From Acidimicrobiales bacterium (GTDB taxonomy: Bacteria; Actinomycetota; Acidimicrobiia; Acidimicrobiales; CATQHL01), in NCBI GenBank assembly GCA_965221525.1, contig CBDCSG010000008.1, positions 775,857 to 839,856 of the forward strand: a stretch of 64,000 nucleotides of DNA, read 5' to 3'. Each line of letters starts with the position of its first letter. Position 1 is the first letter of the stretch. Of this stretch, positions 1 through 9,187 are shown piece by piece. The notes beneath the pieces were generated by a model, which saw only the letters and a list, made by a program, of their open reading frames with translations, was not told the origin of the DNA and made no database searches. The position numbers and the translations under genes were made by a program.

Positions 1-104
1 CGCCTCGTCATGGCTCACAAGATACGAAGAGCGTGTGACAGCCATGCTGCGCCGGCCCGAAGCCGAGGGCCGTCACCGTCGCCGACGTGCTCCCACCTGG
101 CAAT

Positions 105-280
105 GCGCCCGCAACCGCCCGGCGCCCGGCCCGGGCGCCCGCCGCCCAGCACTCGAACGCCCCGGCGACCGGCGCCCGGCCCCCGTGCCCCGCGCTCGAA
201 CGCCCCGGCGACCGGCGCCCGGCCCCGGTGACTGGCCCCCGGCTCCCGGCGCTCGAACGCCCCGGCACCGGCATCGGTAC
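105..280. repeat. Imperfect tandem repeat, three copies of a ~33-bp GC-rich core
   Basis: Core GCTCGAACGCCCCGGCGACCGGCGCCCGGCCCC seen at ~151-184, ~194-227 and (shortened) ~251-277. Lies upstream of the phosphatase-like ORF. Confidence 0.7.
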
Positions 281-374
281 TGTTGCCGGCGAACGCCGCA
301 GGCGGCCAGGCGCCGGGGACGGCGCAGACGGAGGGCCGGTGAACACAGGCGCATCGCAGGGAATCGACCGCCCG

Positions 375-770
375 ATGGCGAACAGCTATTGGGTGGTCCC
401 GGGGCGTTTCGCGGCGGGTGAGTACCCGGGGGCGAAGGATCGCCGCGAGGCCGCCGCCCGGTTGCGGACCCTGCTGCGGGCCGGCATCAACCACTTCATA
501 GACCTCACCCGCCGGAACGACGGCTTGGCGCCGTACGTGCGGATCGCCCAGGAACAGGCCGAAGCCGCCGGCGTGATGGTGTGGTGGGAGCCTCATCCGA
601 TCCGCGACATGTCCATCCCCCGCAACCCCGGCGAGATGACGGCGATCCTCGACGCCATCGACGACGCCATGGCCCGTGACCGGACGGTCTACGTCCACTG
701 CTGGCGCGGCGTCAACCGCGCGTTCGCATGCTGCCTAACCTGTGCCATGAGCCCTCCCTGCGAGCCGTGA
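375..770 (+). CDS. Dual-specificity/tyrosine phosphatase-like protein, apparently C-terminally truncated
   Basis: ATG at 375 (MANSYWVVPGRFAAGEYPG...). A CX5R P-loop VHCWRGVNR sits ~15 aa before the stop, where such domains normally continue. The ORF-track start at 87 runs through the tandem repeat and is unlikely. Confidence 0.5.
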   Translation: MANSYWVVPGRFAAGEYPGAKDRREAAARLRTLLRAGINHFIDLTRRNDGLAPYVRIAQEQAEAAGVMVWWEPHPIRDMSIPRNPGEMTAILDAIDDAMARDRTVYVHCWRGVNRAFACCLTCAMSPPCEP

Positions 771-864
771 GCTGTCACTTGCCCACAGCATCGCTCGGGG
801 GGCTCACCCCAACGAGGACCCGCCGATCCCGTTCACCCAGGGACAACGTCCCCGGTTGTCACAG

Positions 865-1740
865 CTAGCGGCTCAGCGAGGCGTCTCTGACGGGGTCGGC
901 GGGGGCGTGGTCGACGGTGGGGATGAGTTCGCCGTCGGGGCGGGGGTGGTTGGCCCAGTGGCCGGTGGGATCGGTGCCGCGGCACCACACCGAGTTGGCG
1001 TTCCAGCCGTCGTAGGCGCGCACATCGGCGGAGAGGTAGCGCATCGCCAGCCCGCAGCGGCGGCGGTCGGAGCGGTTGGGTTCGGAGCCGTGCAGGATCC
1101 AGTCGCTGTGCAGCGAGATCTGGCCGGCCCGCATCTCCAGGGCGACGGGCGGCTCGCCGTAGTCGGCGGCGTTGTCGACCGTCTGGACGAGCACGTTGTT
1201 CTCGGTGGCGGTGCTGTCGCGGAAGGTGAGCTGGGCGTGGTGGTGCGAGCCGGGGATGACGTGCATCGCCGAGTTGTCGATGTCGACGTCGTCGATCGCC
1301 AGCCAGGCCGACACCACCCGGCTGGGCGTCAGCGGCCAGTACGAGGCGTCCTGGTGCCAGCTGACCCGCTTGGGGTCGCCGGGCAGCTTGGCGAACAGGT
1401 GGCTGTGGCGCAGCACGACCGAGTCGCCCAGCAGGTCGGCGACGACGTCGATGATGCGGGGGTCGGTGACGATGTCCCAGAGGCCCCGGCAGTGCTTGTG
1501 CCAGTTGACGACCTGGTAGTTGTCCCACCCGGCCGCCATCGCCCGGGGCAGCAGGTCGTCGATGTAGGCCCGGATCTCGGCGATCTCGCCGGGCGTGAAG
1601 ATGTCGATGGGGAAGAGGTGGCCCGCCTCGTTGTACCGCCGGACCTGGGCGGGCGACAGCACCTGCGGGTCGTCGACGCCGAGGGGGATGAACCGCAGGT
1701 CACGGTGGAGTTCGGGGAAGGCGTTGGTGTGTTGGGCCAT
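865..1740 (-). CDS. Phytanoyl-CoA dioxygenase (PhyH) family Fe(II)/2-oxoglutarate oxygenase
   Basis: ATG at 1740 (MAQHTNAFPEL...). Contains WHQDASYWPL (H-x-D), a later HSDWILHGSEPNRS, and the overall PhyH-like pattern. Confidence 0.8.
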   Translation of the reverse strand: MAQHTNAFPELHRDLRFIPLGVDDPQVLSPAQVRRYNEAGHLFPIDIFTPGEIAEIRAYIDDLLPRAMAAGWDNYQVVNWHKHCRGLWDIVTDPRIIDVVADLLGDSVVLRHSHLFAKLPGDPKRVSWHQDASYWPLTPSRVVSAWLAIDDVDIDNSAMHVIPGSHHHAQLTFRDSTATENNVLVQTVDNAADYGEPPVALEMRAGQISLHSDWILHGSEPNRSDRRRCGLAMRYLSADVRAYDGWNANSVWCRGTDPTGHWANHPRPDGELIPTVDHAPADPVRDASLSR

Positions 1741-1903
1741 GGGGTCGGGTCCGTAGGTCGCCGGCGGGAACGCCCCGAAAACTACCCGCTGGCGCCACGA
1801 GCGGCGCCCGAGCCGGCGGCGTCGACACCACGCCGCACGGTCTGGGTCCACGGCGGGGCCGAAGTCGGCCGCCGGCACCATGACCCGACCGCCGCCGCGG
1901 GGT

Positions 1904-2287
1904 TCAGCGACGGACGATGGTGAAGCTGCAGCGCGGACCCGAGGCGTTCGCCAGGCGGGCGTCGGCGGTGAGCAGCGGGCAGTCGAGTTCCTCTGCCAGG
2001 GCGATGTAGGTGGCGTCGTAGGTCGTGACGTTGTGGCGGAGTTCCCACATTCGGTCCAGCATCCCGATGACGGGGAAGCGTCTCAGCCCCAGTTGCTGCC
2101 AGGTCCGCCAGGCGCGCTCGGCGCCGGCAGCGTCGATGGCGCCTCGCCGTGCCTGGCGATTCAGGGTGTGCAGGATCTCGGCGTCGACGAGGTGCGGGGC
2201 GGCCAGGGGCTCGGCCCCCAGCCGCCGGCGGGCGTCGCCGTCGGCGAGGAGGCCCAGCACGGCGGCGGAGGCATCGACGACGATCAC
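1904..2287 (-). CDS. vapC: PIN-domain toxin VapC
   Basis: MIVVDASAAVLGLL... N-terminal PIN acidic motif, ...TYDATYIALAEELDCPLLTADARL. GTG start overlaps the upstream stop (GTGA). Confidence 0.8.
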   Translation of the reverse strand: MIVVDASAAVLGLLADGDARRRLGAEPLAAPHLVDAEILHTLNRQARRGAIDAAGAERAWRTWQQLGLRRFPVIGMLDRMWELRHNVTTYDATYIALAEELDCPLLTADARLANASGPRCSFTIVRR

Positions 2288-2505
2288 CGCTCGTCGCGCC
2301 CCTCCTGCACGTCGGCGACGACATCGGAGACCGCCACGTCCACGTTCGGCAGATCACCGAGCAGGGCGGCGTTATCGGCCCACCGGGCCACGACGGCCAA
2401 CTCCCGCACAGCGAAGGCCGACACGGACATCGCCTCCCGTGCAGCCAGCACGCCGAGTCCCCGCACCACTTCCTCGGGAACGTTCCGCAGGTAAAGAGTC
2501 CTCAT
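2284..2505 (-). CDS. vapB: VapB-type (FitA/Arc-like) antitoxin
   Basis: ATG at 2505 (MRTLYLRNVPEEVVRGL...), 73 aa, 4-nt overlap with vapC. Confidence 0.7.
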   Translation of the reverse strand: MRTLYLRNVPEEVVRGLGVLAAREAMSVSAFAVRELAVVARWADNAALLGDLPNVDVAVSDVVADVQEGRDER

Positions 2506-2513
2506 GTCGTAGA

Positions 2514-2534
2514 ATGCTAGCAGAGAGATAGCAT
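2514..2534 (-). promoter_or_regulatory. Putative VapB operator (perfect 6-bp inverted repeat)
   Basis: ATGCTA-N9-TAGCAT located 9-30 nt upstream of the vapB ATG, in the divergent intergenic region. Confidence 0.4.
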
Positions 2535-2624
2535 CGTGCGCACACGCGTGTGGCCGAGCCGGCCGCCTTGGAGCTACTCGTACATCGACGGCCTGAACGT
2601 GTGCCACGGCGGCAGGCACCTGTG

Positions 2625-3197
2625 ATGGCATTCAGTGTCGAAGCGAGGAAGGTCATGATTGAGAACACGCGAGATGATCGCCTGGTTGATCCGGACCGGA
2701 TGATGATCCTGTCCCTGAAGCCTCGGTACGCCGAGGTGATCCTCTCGGGATCGAAGACGGTTGAACTCCGGCGCACCGAGCCGAAGATTCGTGTTCAGAC
2801 GCGGGCGCTGATCTATGCGACGACGCCCGTGAAGGCCCTCGTCGGAACGTGCATCGTGGAGAGTGTGATCACCGACAGGCTCGCCGTTCTCTGGAAGGCG
2901 TACGGCTCGAGGACCGGGCTTCGCCACGCGGAATTCCGAAGCTACTTCAAGGGTCGCGACGTGGGTTCCGCCTTGGTCCTCTCGGGGGCGCGCCGGTTCG
3001 CTCGCCAGGTCCCGTTGGCCGACCTGCGAGCGAGCCGCTGCATCGACCGCCCACCGCAGAGCTACTCGTACATCGACGCGACCATCGGCGATCAACTGCT
3101 GCGACTTGCGGCTGCCAGCCCAGCATGCTCGGACCCATGTGCCGACCGGCACGGTGAACCCGCGGGGAGGGTCCACTGCGAGACATCTCAGGGGTGA
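2625..3197 (+). CDS. ASCH (PUA-like) domain protein
   Basis: MMILSLKPRYAEVILSGSKTVELRR...ALIYATTPVKALVG is an ASCH-type N-terminal pattern. Start is ATG 2625 or ATG 2700. Confidence 0.55.
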   Translation: MAFSVEARKVMIENTRDDRLVDPDRMMILSLKPRYAEVILSGSKTVELRRTEPKIRVQTRALIYATTPVKALVGTCIVESVITDRLAVLWKAYGSRTGLRHAEFRSYFKGRDVGSALVLSGARRFARQVPLADLRASRCIDRPPQSYSYIDATIGDQLLRLAAASPACSDPCADRHGEPAGRVHCETSQG

Positions 3198-3379
3198 GCC
3201 GCACGACGGTGTGGGCGGGCACTGGTGGTACCGGCTAACCGCCGAGGACTTCTTCGACCACCAACTGCCCGAGGTAGTCGGCGGTGCCCGGAAGCCGGCA
3301 GCCTGGTAGCGGCCGCTCCGGCTGGCCTCGGCTGCTCGCGCCGACCGCGGCCAGTTGGCTATAGTGACTGACATAACCC

Positions 3380-3413
3380 ACCCGGTCCCTACGGGGGCCG
3401 GGTCTCTCTTTTT
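3380..3413 (+). terminator. Rho-independent terminator
   Basis: ACCCGGTCCC-tacg-GGGGCCGGGT stem (one G-U pair) followed by CTCTCTTTTT. Confidence 0.6.
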
Positions 3414-3424
3414 CCGACCCTGAT

Positions 3425-3859
3425 GTGGAGTTGAGCCACGTGAGCACTGTGCGGTTCGACAGGCTGCGCCGCGAGCAGGTCGCTGCGACGCGCGCCGGCG
3501 GGGCCAGTTGGGGCGAAGTCGGGCAAGCCTTGGGCGTTAGCGAGGATGCGGTGTTGGAGTACTACTTTGCCGATGCTCGACGAGACCTCGCCGAGAACGC
3601 CGGCGCCAACGATGGTGACCTCTCGGAGGAGGAAGCCATGGAGTTGGCCGTCGCCGAGGTGCGGGCCGTCCGCCGAGGCACACACACACGATCTGAGCGA
3701 CGCTCTGCGCGTCGTGCGGCGCGCCGATCTTCGTGTCGCAGGATCCGTCCAATCCCACCCGGCTACGGCAGCAGATGCCGACAACGCTCGGGTTACGGTG
3801 GTCGGATGAAGATCAGCGTGAGCCTTCCCCCGACGATAGTGCTTGCGGGTCAACTATAG
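3425..3859 (+). CDS. Hypothetical protein with possible HTH
   Basis: GTG start. ...ASWGEVGQALGVSEDAVLEYY resembles a helix-turn-helix. The Arg-rich tail is of doubtful coding quality. Shares a 35-nt start-region motif with 7179-7213. Confidence 0.3.
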   Translation: MELSHVSTVRFDRLRREQVAATRAGGASWGEVGQALGVSEDAVLEYYFADARRDLAENAGANDGDLSEEEAMELAVAEVRAVRRGTHTRSERRSARRAARRSSCRRIRPIPPGYGSRCRQRSGYGGRMKISVSLPPTIVLAGQL

Positions 3860-3937
3860 ACACGTAGATCTGTGATTCCGTCGTGATTCGACGGATATCG
3901 CCATGCACCTGCTATCTTGGGGCGAGGAGGTAGCCCC

Positions 3938-5209
3938 ATGCTTCTACGATTCGAGGTCTCCAACCATCGCTCGATCCTGGATCCGGTGGAGTTGTCGATG
4001 ATCGCCGTGGACGAGGATCGTGTGGCCACGCGGGGTTTCGAGGAGCTGTCGGAGCGGGTGTTGACGGTCGCTGGCATCTACGGCCCGAACGCCTCGGGCA
4101 AGTCCACCGTTCTGGAGGCCCTGGCCTGGCTGTCGTTCGCGGTCCGCACGTCACTGCACAGTTGGCATGACTTCGTTCCCCGCTTCCCGCACCGCTTCGG
4201 CGACGGCCCGGATCGGCCTTCCACCTTCGAGGTGGACTTCGTGGTCGACGGTGTCCGCCACGGCTACCGGCTGGAGGTGGATCACTTGGCCGTGCTGTAC
4301 GAGAGCCTGCACAGCTACCCCGAGCGGAGGCGGCGGACGCTCTTCGAGCGTGAGGGCGACGACATCAACTTCCGCCGGGGCACCAGCAGGGTCGGCGGAA
4401 TGCAGGAGTTGCTGACACCCACGACGCTGGCGCTCTCGGCCGCTGCGCGATTGGACGTCCCCGTCATCGGGGCCGCCGGTCGTGTCCTGTCAGGGTTCAG
4501 GGCACGCGGCCCGAAGGAGGGTGGGGCGGCGCTGTTCGTGGTCTCAGGTGAGGACCTGTCGACCTTCATGTTCATGGCACAGCGTGATCACGGCACAGCT
4601 GCATCCGGCCCCGATCTCGCCGCTCGGCGGGCGCTTGTCGAGTTGCTGCGCTTCGCCGACCCCGAAATCGACGACGTGGCGATTCGTAGCGGCGACGATC
4701 GCGACACTTCGGATCGTGGCGACCCGCTGCGTCTTGTGCGTCAGCATGATGGCGAGCCAGTCCTACTTGAGATCGACGAGGAGTCGGCGGGAACGCGGGC
4801 CTGGTTCAACCTCCTCGGGCCGACGTTTGAAGCTCTCGTGGAGGGCCAAGTTCTGCTGTTCGACGAGATCGATGCCAGTCTGCACCCTCGGCTGTCGACC
4901 CGGCTCATCGAATTGTTCCAGGACCCGCAGACCAACCCATACGGCGCGCAACTCATCTTCACGACTCACGACACGTCGCTCCTGGGGGCCCTGAACCGTG
5001 ACGAGGTGTGGTTCACCGAGAAGGCGCCCGGCGGGGCCACCCGGCTCATCGCCCTGGCCGAATTCGGGGGAGACCGTGTCCGGAGGTCGCTGAACCTCGA
5101 GCGGGCCTACCTGCAGGGCCGCTTCGGGGCGATCCCTGACGTGGATCAAGCCGACCTGCGCAACGCCATCGGGGTCGCTCTCGAGGTGGCCCGAGGCGCG
5201 CGGGATTGA
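3938..5209 (+). CDS. AAA/ABC-type ATPase (AAA_21-like; RloA/AbiLi-like)
   Basis: GAGGAGG RBS 7 nt before ATG 3938. Walker A GPNASGKST. LLFDEIDASLHP (Walker B/D-loop). FTTHD (H-loop). Confidence 0.75.
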   Translation: MLLRFEVSNHRSILDPVELSMIAVDEDRVATRGFEELSERVLTVAGIYGPNASGKSTVLEALAWLSFAVRTSLHSWHDFVPRFPHRFGDGPDRPSTFEVDFVVDGVRHGYRLEVDHLAVLYESLHSYPERRRRTLFEREGDDINFRRGTSRVGGMQELLTPTTLALSAAARLDVPVIGAAGRVLSGFRARGPKEGGAALFVVSGEDLSTFMFMAQRDHGTAASGPDLAARRALVELLRFADPEIDDVAIRSGDDRDTSDRGDPLRLVRQHDGEPVLLEIDEESAGTRAWFNLLGPTFEALVEGQVLLFDEIDASLHPRLSTRLIELFQDPQTNPYGAQLIFTTHDTSLLGALNRDEVWFTEKAPGGATRLIALAEFGGDRVRRSLNLERAYLQGRFGAIPDVDQADLRNAIGVALEVARGARD

Positions 5210-5862
5210 TGGCCAAGTCGCGTCACGGTCGAGGCAAGGGTGGTTCGCTGCGCCGCCAAGTCGGAGTCCGCACTCCGAAGCGCACGTTCTTGGTGTTCTG
5301 TGAGGGCGAGAAGACCGAACCCGCGTATCTCAAGGCCCTGAAGCGTGACCCTGCGATCCGTGATGTCGCTTCAGTGGACATCCGCGTCGATGACGAGACG
5401 AGCGGCTCTGTACCGCTGACCCTGGTCGAGGCGGCGGCCAAGGCTCGTGCACGCTCCTCGGGGGAGAATGGTGAGATCGACGAGGTCTGGTGCGTCTTCG
5501 ACGTGGAGTGGCCCCAGAACCACCCGAATCTTCGCAGAGCCCTCGCCCGTGCGCGAGAGAGCGGCGTCGGTGTCGCCGTGTCGAATCCGTGCTTCGAACT
5601 CTGGCTGGCGCTGCACTTCGAGGACCAGACTGCCTGGCTCGACACCGCCGCGGCCACCCGCCTGCGCCGGATTCTCGACGACACGACAGGCAAGGACTTG
5701 GACGGTGAGACCTACATGCCCCGTCGAGCGGACGCAGCTCGCCGAGCCCGGGCGCTCGATGAGCGCCACAGCCGGAACGGAACCGAGTTCCCCCGTGACA
5801 ACCCGTCTTCGGGGATGCACAGATTCCTAGACGCGATCGAAGGTGGCGAGACGCGTGGATGA
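5209..5862 (+). CDS. RloB-like (TOPRIM-related) protein
   Basis: TGATG overlap with the ATPase. FLVFCEGEKTEPAYL..., VWCVFDVE..., VSNPCFELWLALHF are RloB-family hallmarks. Confidence 0.7.
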   Translation: MAKSRHGRGKGGSLRRQVGVRTPKRTFLVFCEGEKTEPAYLKALKRDPAIRDVASVDIRVDDETSGSVPLTLVEAAAKARARSSGENGEIDEVWCVFDVEWPQNHPNLRRALARARESGVGVAVSNPCFELWLALHFEDQTAWLDTAAATRLRRILDDTTGKDLDGETYMPRRADAARRARALDERHSRNGTEFPRDNPSSGMHRFLDAIEGGETRG

Positions 5863-5959
5863 TGCACCGATCGTCGCGTGAAAGCGGTACTAGCAGGCGC
5901 GGAAAACCTGTACTGAAGGTAGGGCTCTGGGTCTGTGTTTCATAAATGATATGTTTTCA

Positions 5960-5982
5960 GTATCGCTGATACACGCTATATT
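5960..5982 (+). promoter_or_regulatory. Putative promoter/operator of the AbiEi-like gene (copy 1)
   Basis: A/T-rich leader. GTATC-gct-GATAC palindrome followed by a TATATT -10-like hexamer ~38 nt upstream of ATG 6020. Confidence 0.35.
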
Positions 5983-6019
5983 CTGAAATAAGAGACTTGA
6001 GACGGAAAGGCCGTCCAGG

Positions 6020-7093
6020 ATGAGCAACGAGTTGCCCACCGGGACACGCATCGCTCGCGACATTGAATCGGCTATCGCCCGAAGGGTGCCGCCGGATTGG
6101 ACGTTCTGCTCGGAGCCTTCGAGGCTCTCCGATCCGCCCGGAGTGGATCTGCTGTTCAGTCTCACGTCCCCTGCGGGCGAGACTGCGCTGCTTGCGGTTG
6201 AGATCAAGCCCCGAGTCGAGCCCCGCCGCGTCCCGGAGTTGGCCAGACGGGTCCGGGAATTCACAACCGCGGAACTGCCCGGTGCCGTCCCGGTGCTTGG
6301 CGCCGCCTACCTCTCGCCTCGTGCACGGGAGATCCTTCGGGAGTCCGGTGTCGGCTACATCGACACGACCGGCAACGTTCGCATCACGGCGAGTGCTCCG
6401 GGCGTGTTCATCAGCGCCGACGGTGACGACAAGGATCCCTGGCCACGGCGCGATGGGCTGCAGTCGCTGCGGGGCCGAGGTGCCGCCCGCGCTGTGCGGG
6501 CCATCGTGGACGTCGCTCCGCCGTTCGGTGTTCGGGAGTTGGCTGAAGCGACGGGAACCTCGGCACCGACGCTGTCGCGCGTCCTGGGGTTGCTGGAGCG
6601 TGAGGGAGTGGTGACCCGCCAGAGTCGGGGCAAGGTCGTGGCCGTGGACTGGGACGGTGTGATTCGCCGATGGGTGCAGGACTACGACCAGGTCAGATCC
6701 AACACGGTCATCGCGTGCCTCGAACCGCGTGGGCTGGAGTCAATCACAAGGAAGCTGCGGGCAACGACGTTCGCCTACGCCGCGACGGGCGCCTTCGCAG
6801 CTCAGCACTTCGATCCCATTGCCCCGGCCAGGGTGGCCGCGCTCTATGTCACGGACGCGGTCGAGGCCGCTGAGAACCTCGGCCTGCGCGAGACCGACGC
6901 CGGTGCGAACGTCATCCTCCTCGAGCCCTTCGATCCGGTGGTCTTCGATCGGACTGTTGAGCGTGACGGGCTCCGATGCGTCGCAGCGAGCCAACTCGCC
7001 GCCGACCTGCTCACAGGTCCCGGCCGCGAGCCGTCCCAGGGCGAGCAGATGCTGACCTGGATGGAGCACAACGAGGATGCCCGGCGCGCCTGA
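6020..7093 (+). CDS. AbiEi-like antitoxin/transcriptional regulator (PD-(D/E)xK-like N-domain + winged HTH), orphan copy
   Basis: DLLFSL...LLAVEIKPR nuclease-like motif. RELAEATGTSAPTLSRVLGLLEREGVVT wHTH. Near-identical paralog at 9418-10491. Only the first ~7 codons of the partner toxin (MPGAPDP) remain downstream. Confidence 0.55.
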   Translation: MSNELPTGTRIARDIESAIARRVPPDWTFCSEPSRLSDPPGVDLLFSLTSPAGETALLAVEIKPRVEPRRVPELARRVREFTTAELPGAVPVLGAAYLSPRAREILRESGVGYIDTTGNVRITASAPGVFISADGDDKDPWPRRDGLQSLRGRGAARAVRAIVDVAPPFGVRELAEATGTSAPTLSRVLGLLEREGVVTRQSRGKVVAVDWDGVIRRWVQDYDQVRSNTVIACLEPRGLESITRKLRATTFAYAATGAFAAQHFDPIAPARVAALYVTDAVEAAENLGLRETDAGANVILLEPFDPVVFDRTVERDGLRCVAASQLAADLLTGPGREPSQGEQMLTWMEHNEDARRA

Positions 7094-7181
7094 TCCATGT
7101 TGGCCCCGCGGCGGGGGACACCCTTAGAGTGGTGACTACGCCGACGGACCCCGAGCGACGAGTGATCGTCGTCACAGCGAT

Positions 7182-7538
7182 GTGGAGTTGAGCCAGGTGA
7201 GCACCCTGCGGTACTCGTACGACAGCGAGAGCGACTGCGGTTACATCCGGATCGGTGACGGCGACGTGGCCCGAACCGAGTCACTCACCGCGTCGCTCCA
7301 TGTGGATCGGGACGGGTCGGGCAACATCGTCGGTATCGAGGTTCTCACCGTTACCGATCCGAGTTGGATGGCGCAGGTCACGGACCTCCTCGCCCGAAGC
7401 GTTCCGGACGCGGCGCTCGTCTCTGCCCGACTGCAGGAGATGGTGTCCACTAGTCCCCATGGGAGCCGGCAAGAGGGCCCGACCGTGAACTCCGGCCTCC
7501 CGGCCGCAGGAACCACCAGGAACACGCAAGTCGCCTGA
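7182..7538 (+). CDS. DUF2283 domain protein
   Basis: RYSYDSESDCGYIRIGDG...VDRDGSGNIVGIEVL is the DUF2283 pattern. GTG start at 7182 or 7197. Confidence 0.6.
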   Translation: MELSQVSTLRYSYDSESDCGYIRIGDGDVARTESLTASLHVDRDGSGNIVGIEVLTVTDPSWMAQVTDLLARSVPDAALVSARLQEMVSTSPHGSRQEGPTVNSGLPAAGTTRNTQVA

Positions 7539-7636
7539 ACGCGACGGCTCTACAGACGGGCCGTCCCCGCCAGGCGTCAGCGGTTGAGGGAGGCGTCTCT
7601 GACGGGGTCGGGGGCGTTGTCGGGCCTGGCGGTTGG

Positions 7637-8446
7637 TCAGGTGACCTGGATGGGGTGGGGGAGGGGTTGGTTGAACAGGTAGCCCCGCGTGTTGTGGGGG
7701 ATGGTGTCGGGTTGGGTGTTGCCGGCGGCGTCGGTGGCTCGGGTCGTGAGGGTGTGTTCGCCGGGTTCGGCGCTCCAGCGGATCGTGAAGGGGGTCCAGG
7801 AGTACCGCGACGGCGGCGGTTCGATCTCGGCGGGCGACCAAGTGGCGCCGGAGTCGGCGCTCCATTCCACGGCACCGATGGCGCCGTGGGGCGACCGGGC
7901 GTAGCCCCCGATGAGGTGCGCCCCGGCGTGCAGTTCCGCCGGCCACGCCAGCGCCAGTGCGCTGTTGATCACCAGGGTCGTGATCGGCCGGCCCATGGCG
8001 GGTCCCTCGGCGGGGTAGTCCTCGCCGATCAGCACGTAGTTGGTGGTGTTGTTGCGCGTCCAGATCTCGTTGGCGGAGACGACGATGCGCCCGAGCCATT
8101 TGATGCTGTTGGCGCCCACCCAGCCGGGCACCACGGCCCGCAGGGGGAAGCCGTGATCGCGGGGCAGGACCTCGCCGTTCATCTCATAGGCCAGCAGCGT
8201 GTCGGGATGCATTGCCTTGTGCACGGGCAGGACTTTCCGGAAGCCGCCTTCGGGTGCGGTGGTGTCGAGGCCCACGAGCAGCACGCTCACGGCGCTGGGG
8301 GCGATCCCCGCTTCGCCCAGTACGTGCGCCAGCGGCACGCCGGTCCATTCGGCGTTGCCGACGGCGCCGGTGCCCCACGGCGGGCTCCCCGCCCGCCGAC
8401 CCCCCCAGGAGGTCGAACATCGCCCGGTGGTTGCCGGCACACTCCA
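7637..8446 (-). pseudogene. Sulfite-oxidase-family molybdoenzyme, 5-prime truncated and frameshifted copy
   Basis: Nearly identical to 11510-12318. The C-run at 8400-8406 has 7 C versus 6 C at 12273-12278, giving a frameshift. Homology ends at ~8446. Confidence 0.8.
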
Positions 8447-8449
8447 GGT

Positions 8450-9187
8450 CTACGTGGCCGTTGAGGAGCAGGGCCTCGGTGCCACCGACGGCTGATCGTC
8501 GGCGGCTTCGGCGGGTCTCGGCGAGCTTGTCGTGGTGCTTTCGGCGTCCGCAGGAGGGGCGGTGCGGTCGCTCGCTTGATCGGGCAGCACCCCGATTGTG
8601 GAGAGCCAATCCTGGCAGGCGCACATGCCGCAGTAGTGATCTCCTGTGGGCCCATCGCGACACGAGACGTCCGACGGGCACAGCCATCCCCCTTCGATGC
8701 CACTGCCACCAACGAAGTTGTGGTCGGGTCGTCGCTTGCCGTACCGGGTGCCACAACCGCTGGCGCACACCACCTTCCGGTGGACTCGCGCCCGCTGTCG
8801 GTCCTGCCGTCTGTCCCGCTCGTGTTTGGCAAGGGCTGCTGCTTCCACCACCAGTGGATCGCGGTCGGGCGGCACCGGCAGGTGCTCCGACCGCTTGAGT
8901 TCGGCCATGAGTTGCAGAAAGAGATCGCGCTTGGCGATGCGGCGAGTCCTCGTCATCAGGCGTTGCACGAGGCGGAACATGCGAGTCCGTCGCCATCGCC
9001 GGAGCCTCTTCCGCCAGGGGAGCTGTCGCGCCTGTTCACGGGCGAGGAGATCGTCCCAGTCGATCTCGCATTGGATGCGGAGGAACTTGACGCTCGCCCA
9101 GCGGTTGATCGCCGGCTTGGCATGGACGTATGCCACGATCAGCAGGGCGACAACGGTTGCGACGGCCGCAACGTCTCCTAGTGCCAT
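8450..9187 (-). CDS. Hypothetical membrane-anchored, Cys-rich protein
   Basis: N-terminal hydrophobic helix VAAVATVVALLIVAYV. C-terminal CASGC...C...HYCGMCAC. The ORF ends at the duplication breakpoint. Confidence 0.35.
   Translation of the reverse strand: MALGDVAAVATVVALLIVAYVHAKPAINRWASVKFLRIQCEIDWDDLLAREQARQLPWRKRLRRWRRTRMFRLVQRLMTRTRRIAKRDLFLQLMAELKRSEHLPVPPDRDPLVVEAAALAKHERDRRQDRQRARVHRKVVCASGCGTRYGKRRPDHNFVGGSGIEGGWLCPSDVSCRDGPTGDHYCGMCACQDWLSTIGVLPDQASDRTAPPADAESTTTSSPRPAEAADDQPSVAPRPCSSTAT

Noticed and set aside
87-374. N-terminal 96-codon extension of the phosphatase-like ORF in the ORF track.
   Set aside because: It runs through the GC-rich tandem repeat and encodes low-complexity PA/PG/R sequence. 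A clean ATG with domain-typical sequence starts at 375.
7577-7630. Short stretch nearly identical to 877-905 (GAGGCGTCTCTGACGGGGTCGG...). On the minus strand it reads ...DNAPDPVRDASLNR-stop, like the PhyH C-terminus ...PADPVRDASLSR-stop.
   Set aside because: It is only an ~18-codon 3-prime remnant of a second PhyH-like gene. I noted it as a recombination scar, but it is too short to annotate or interpret.
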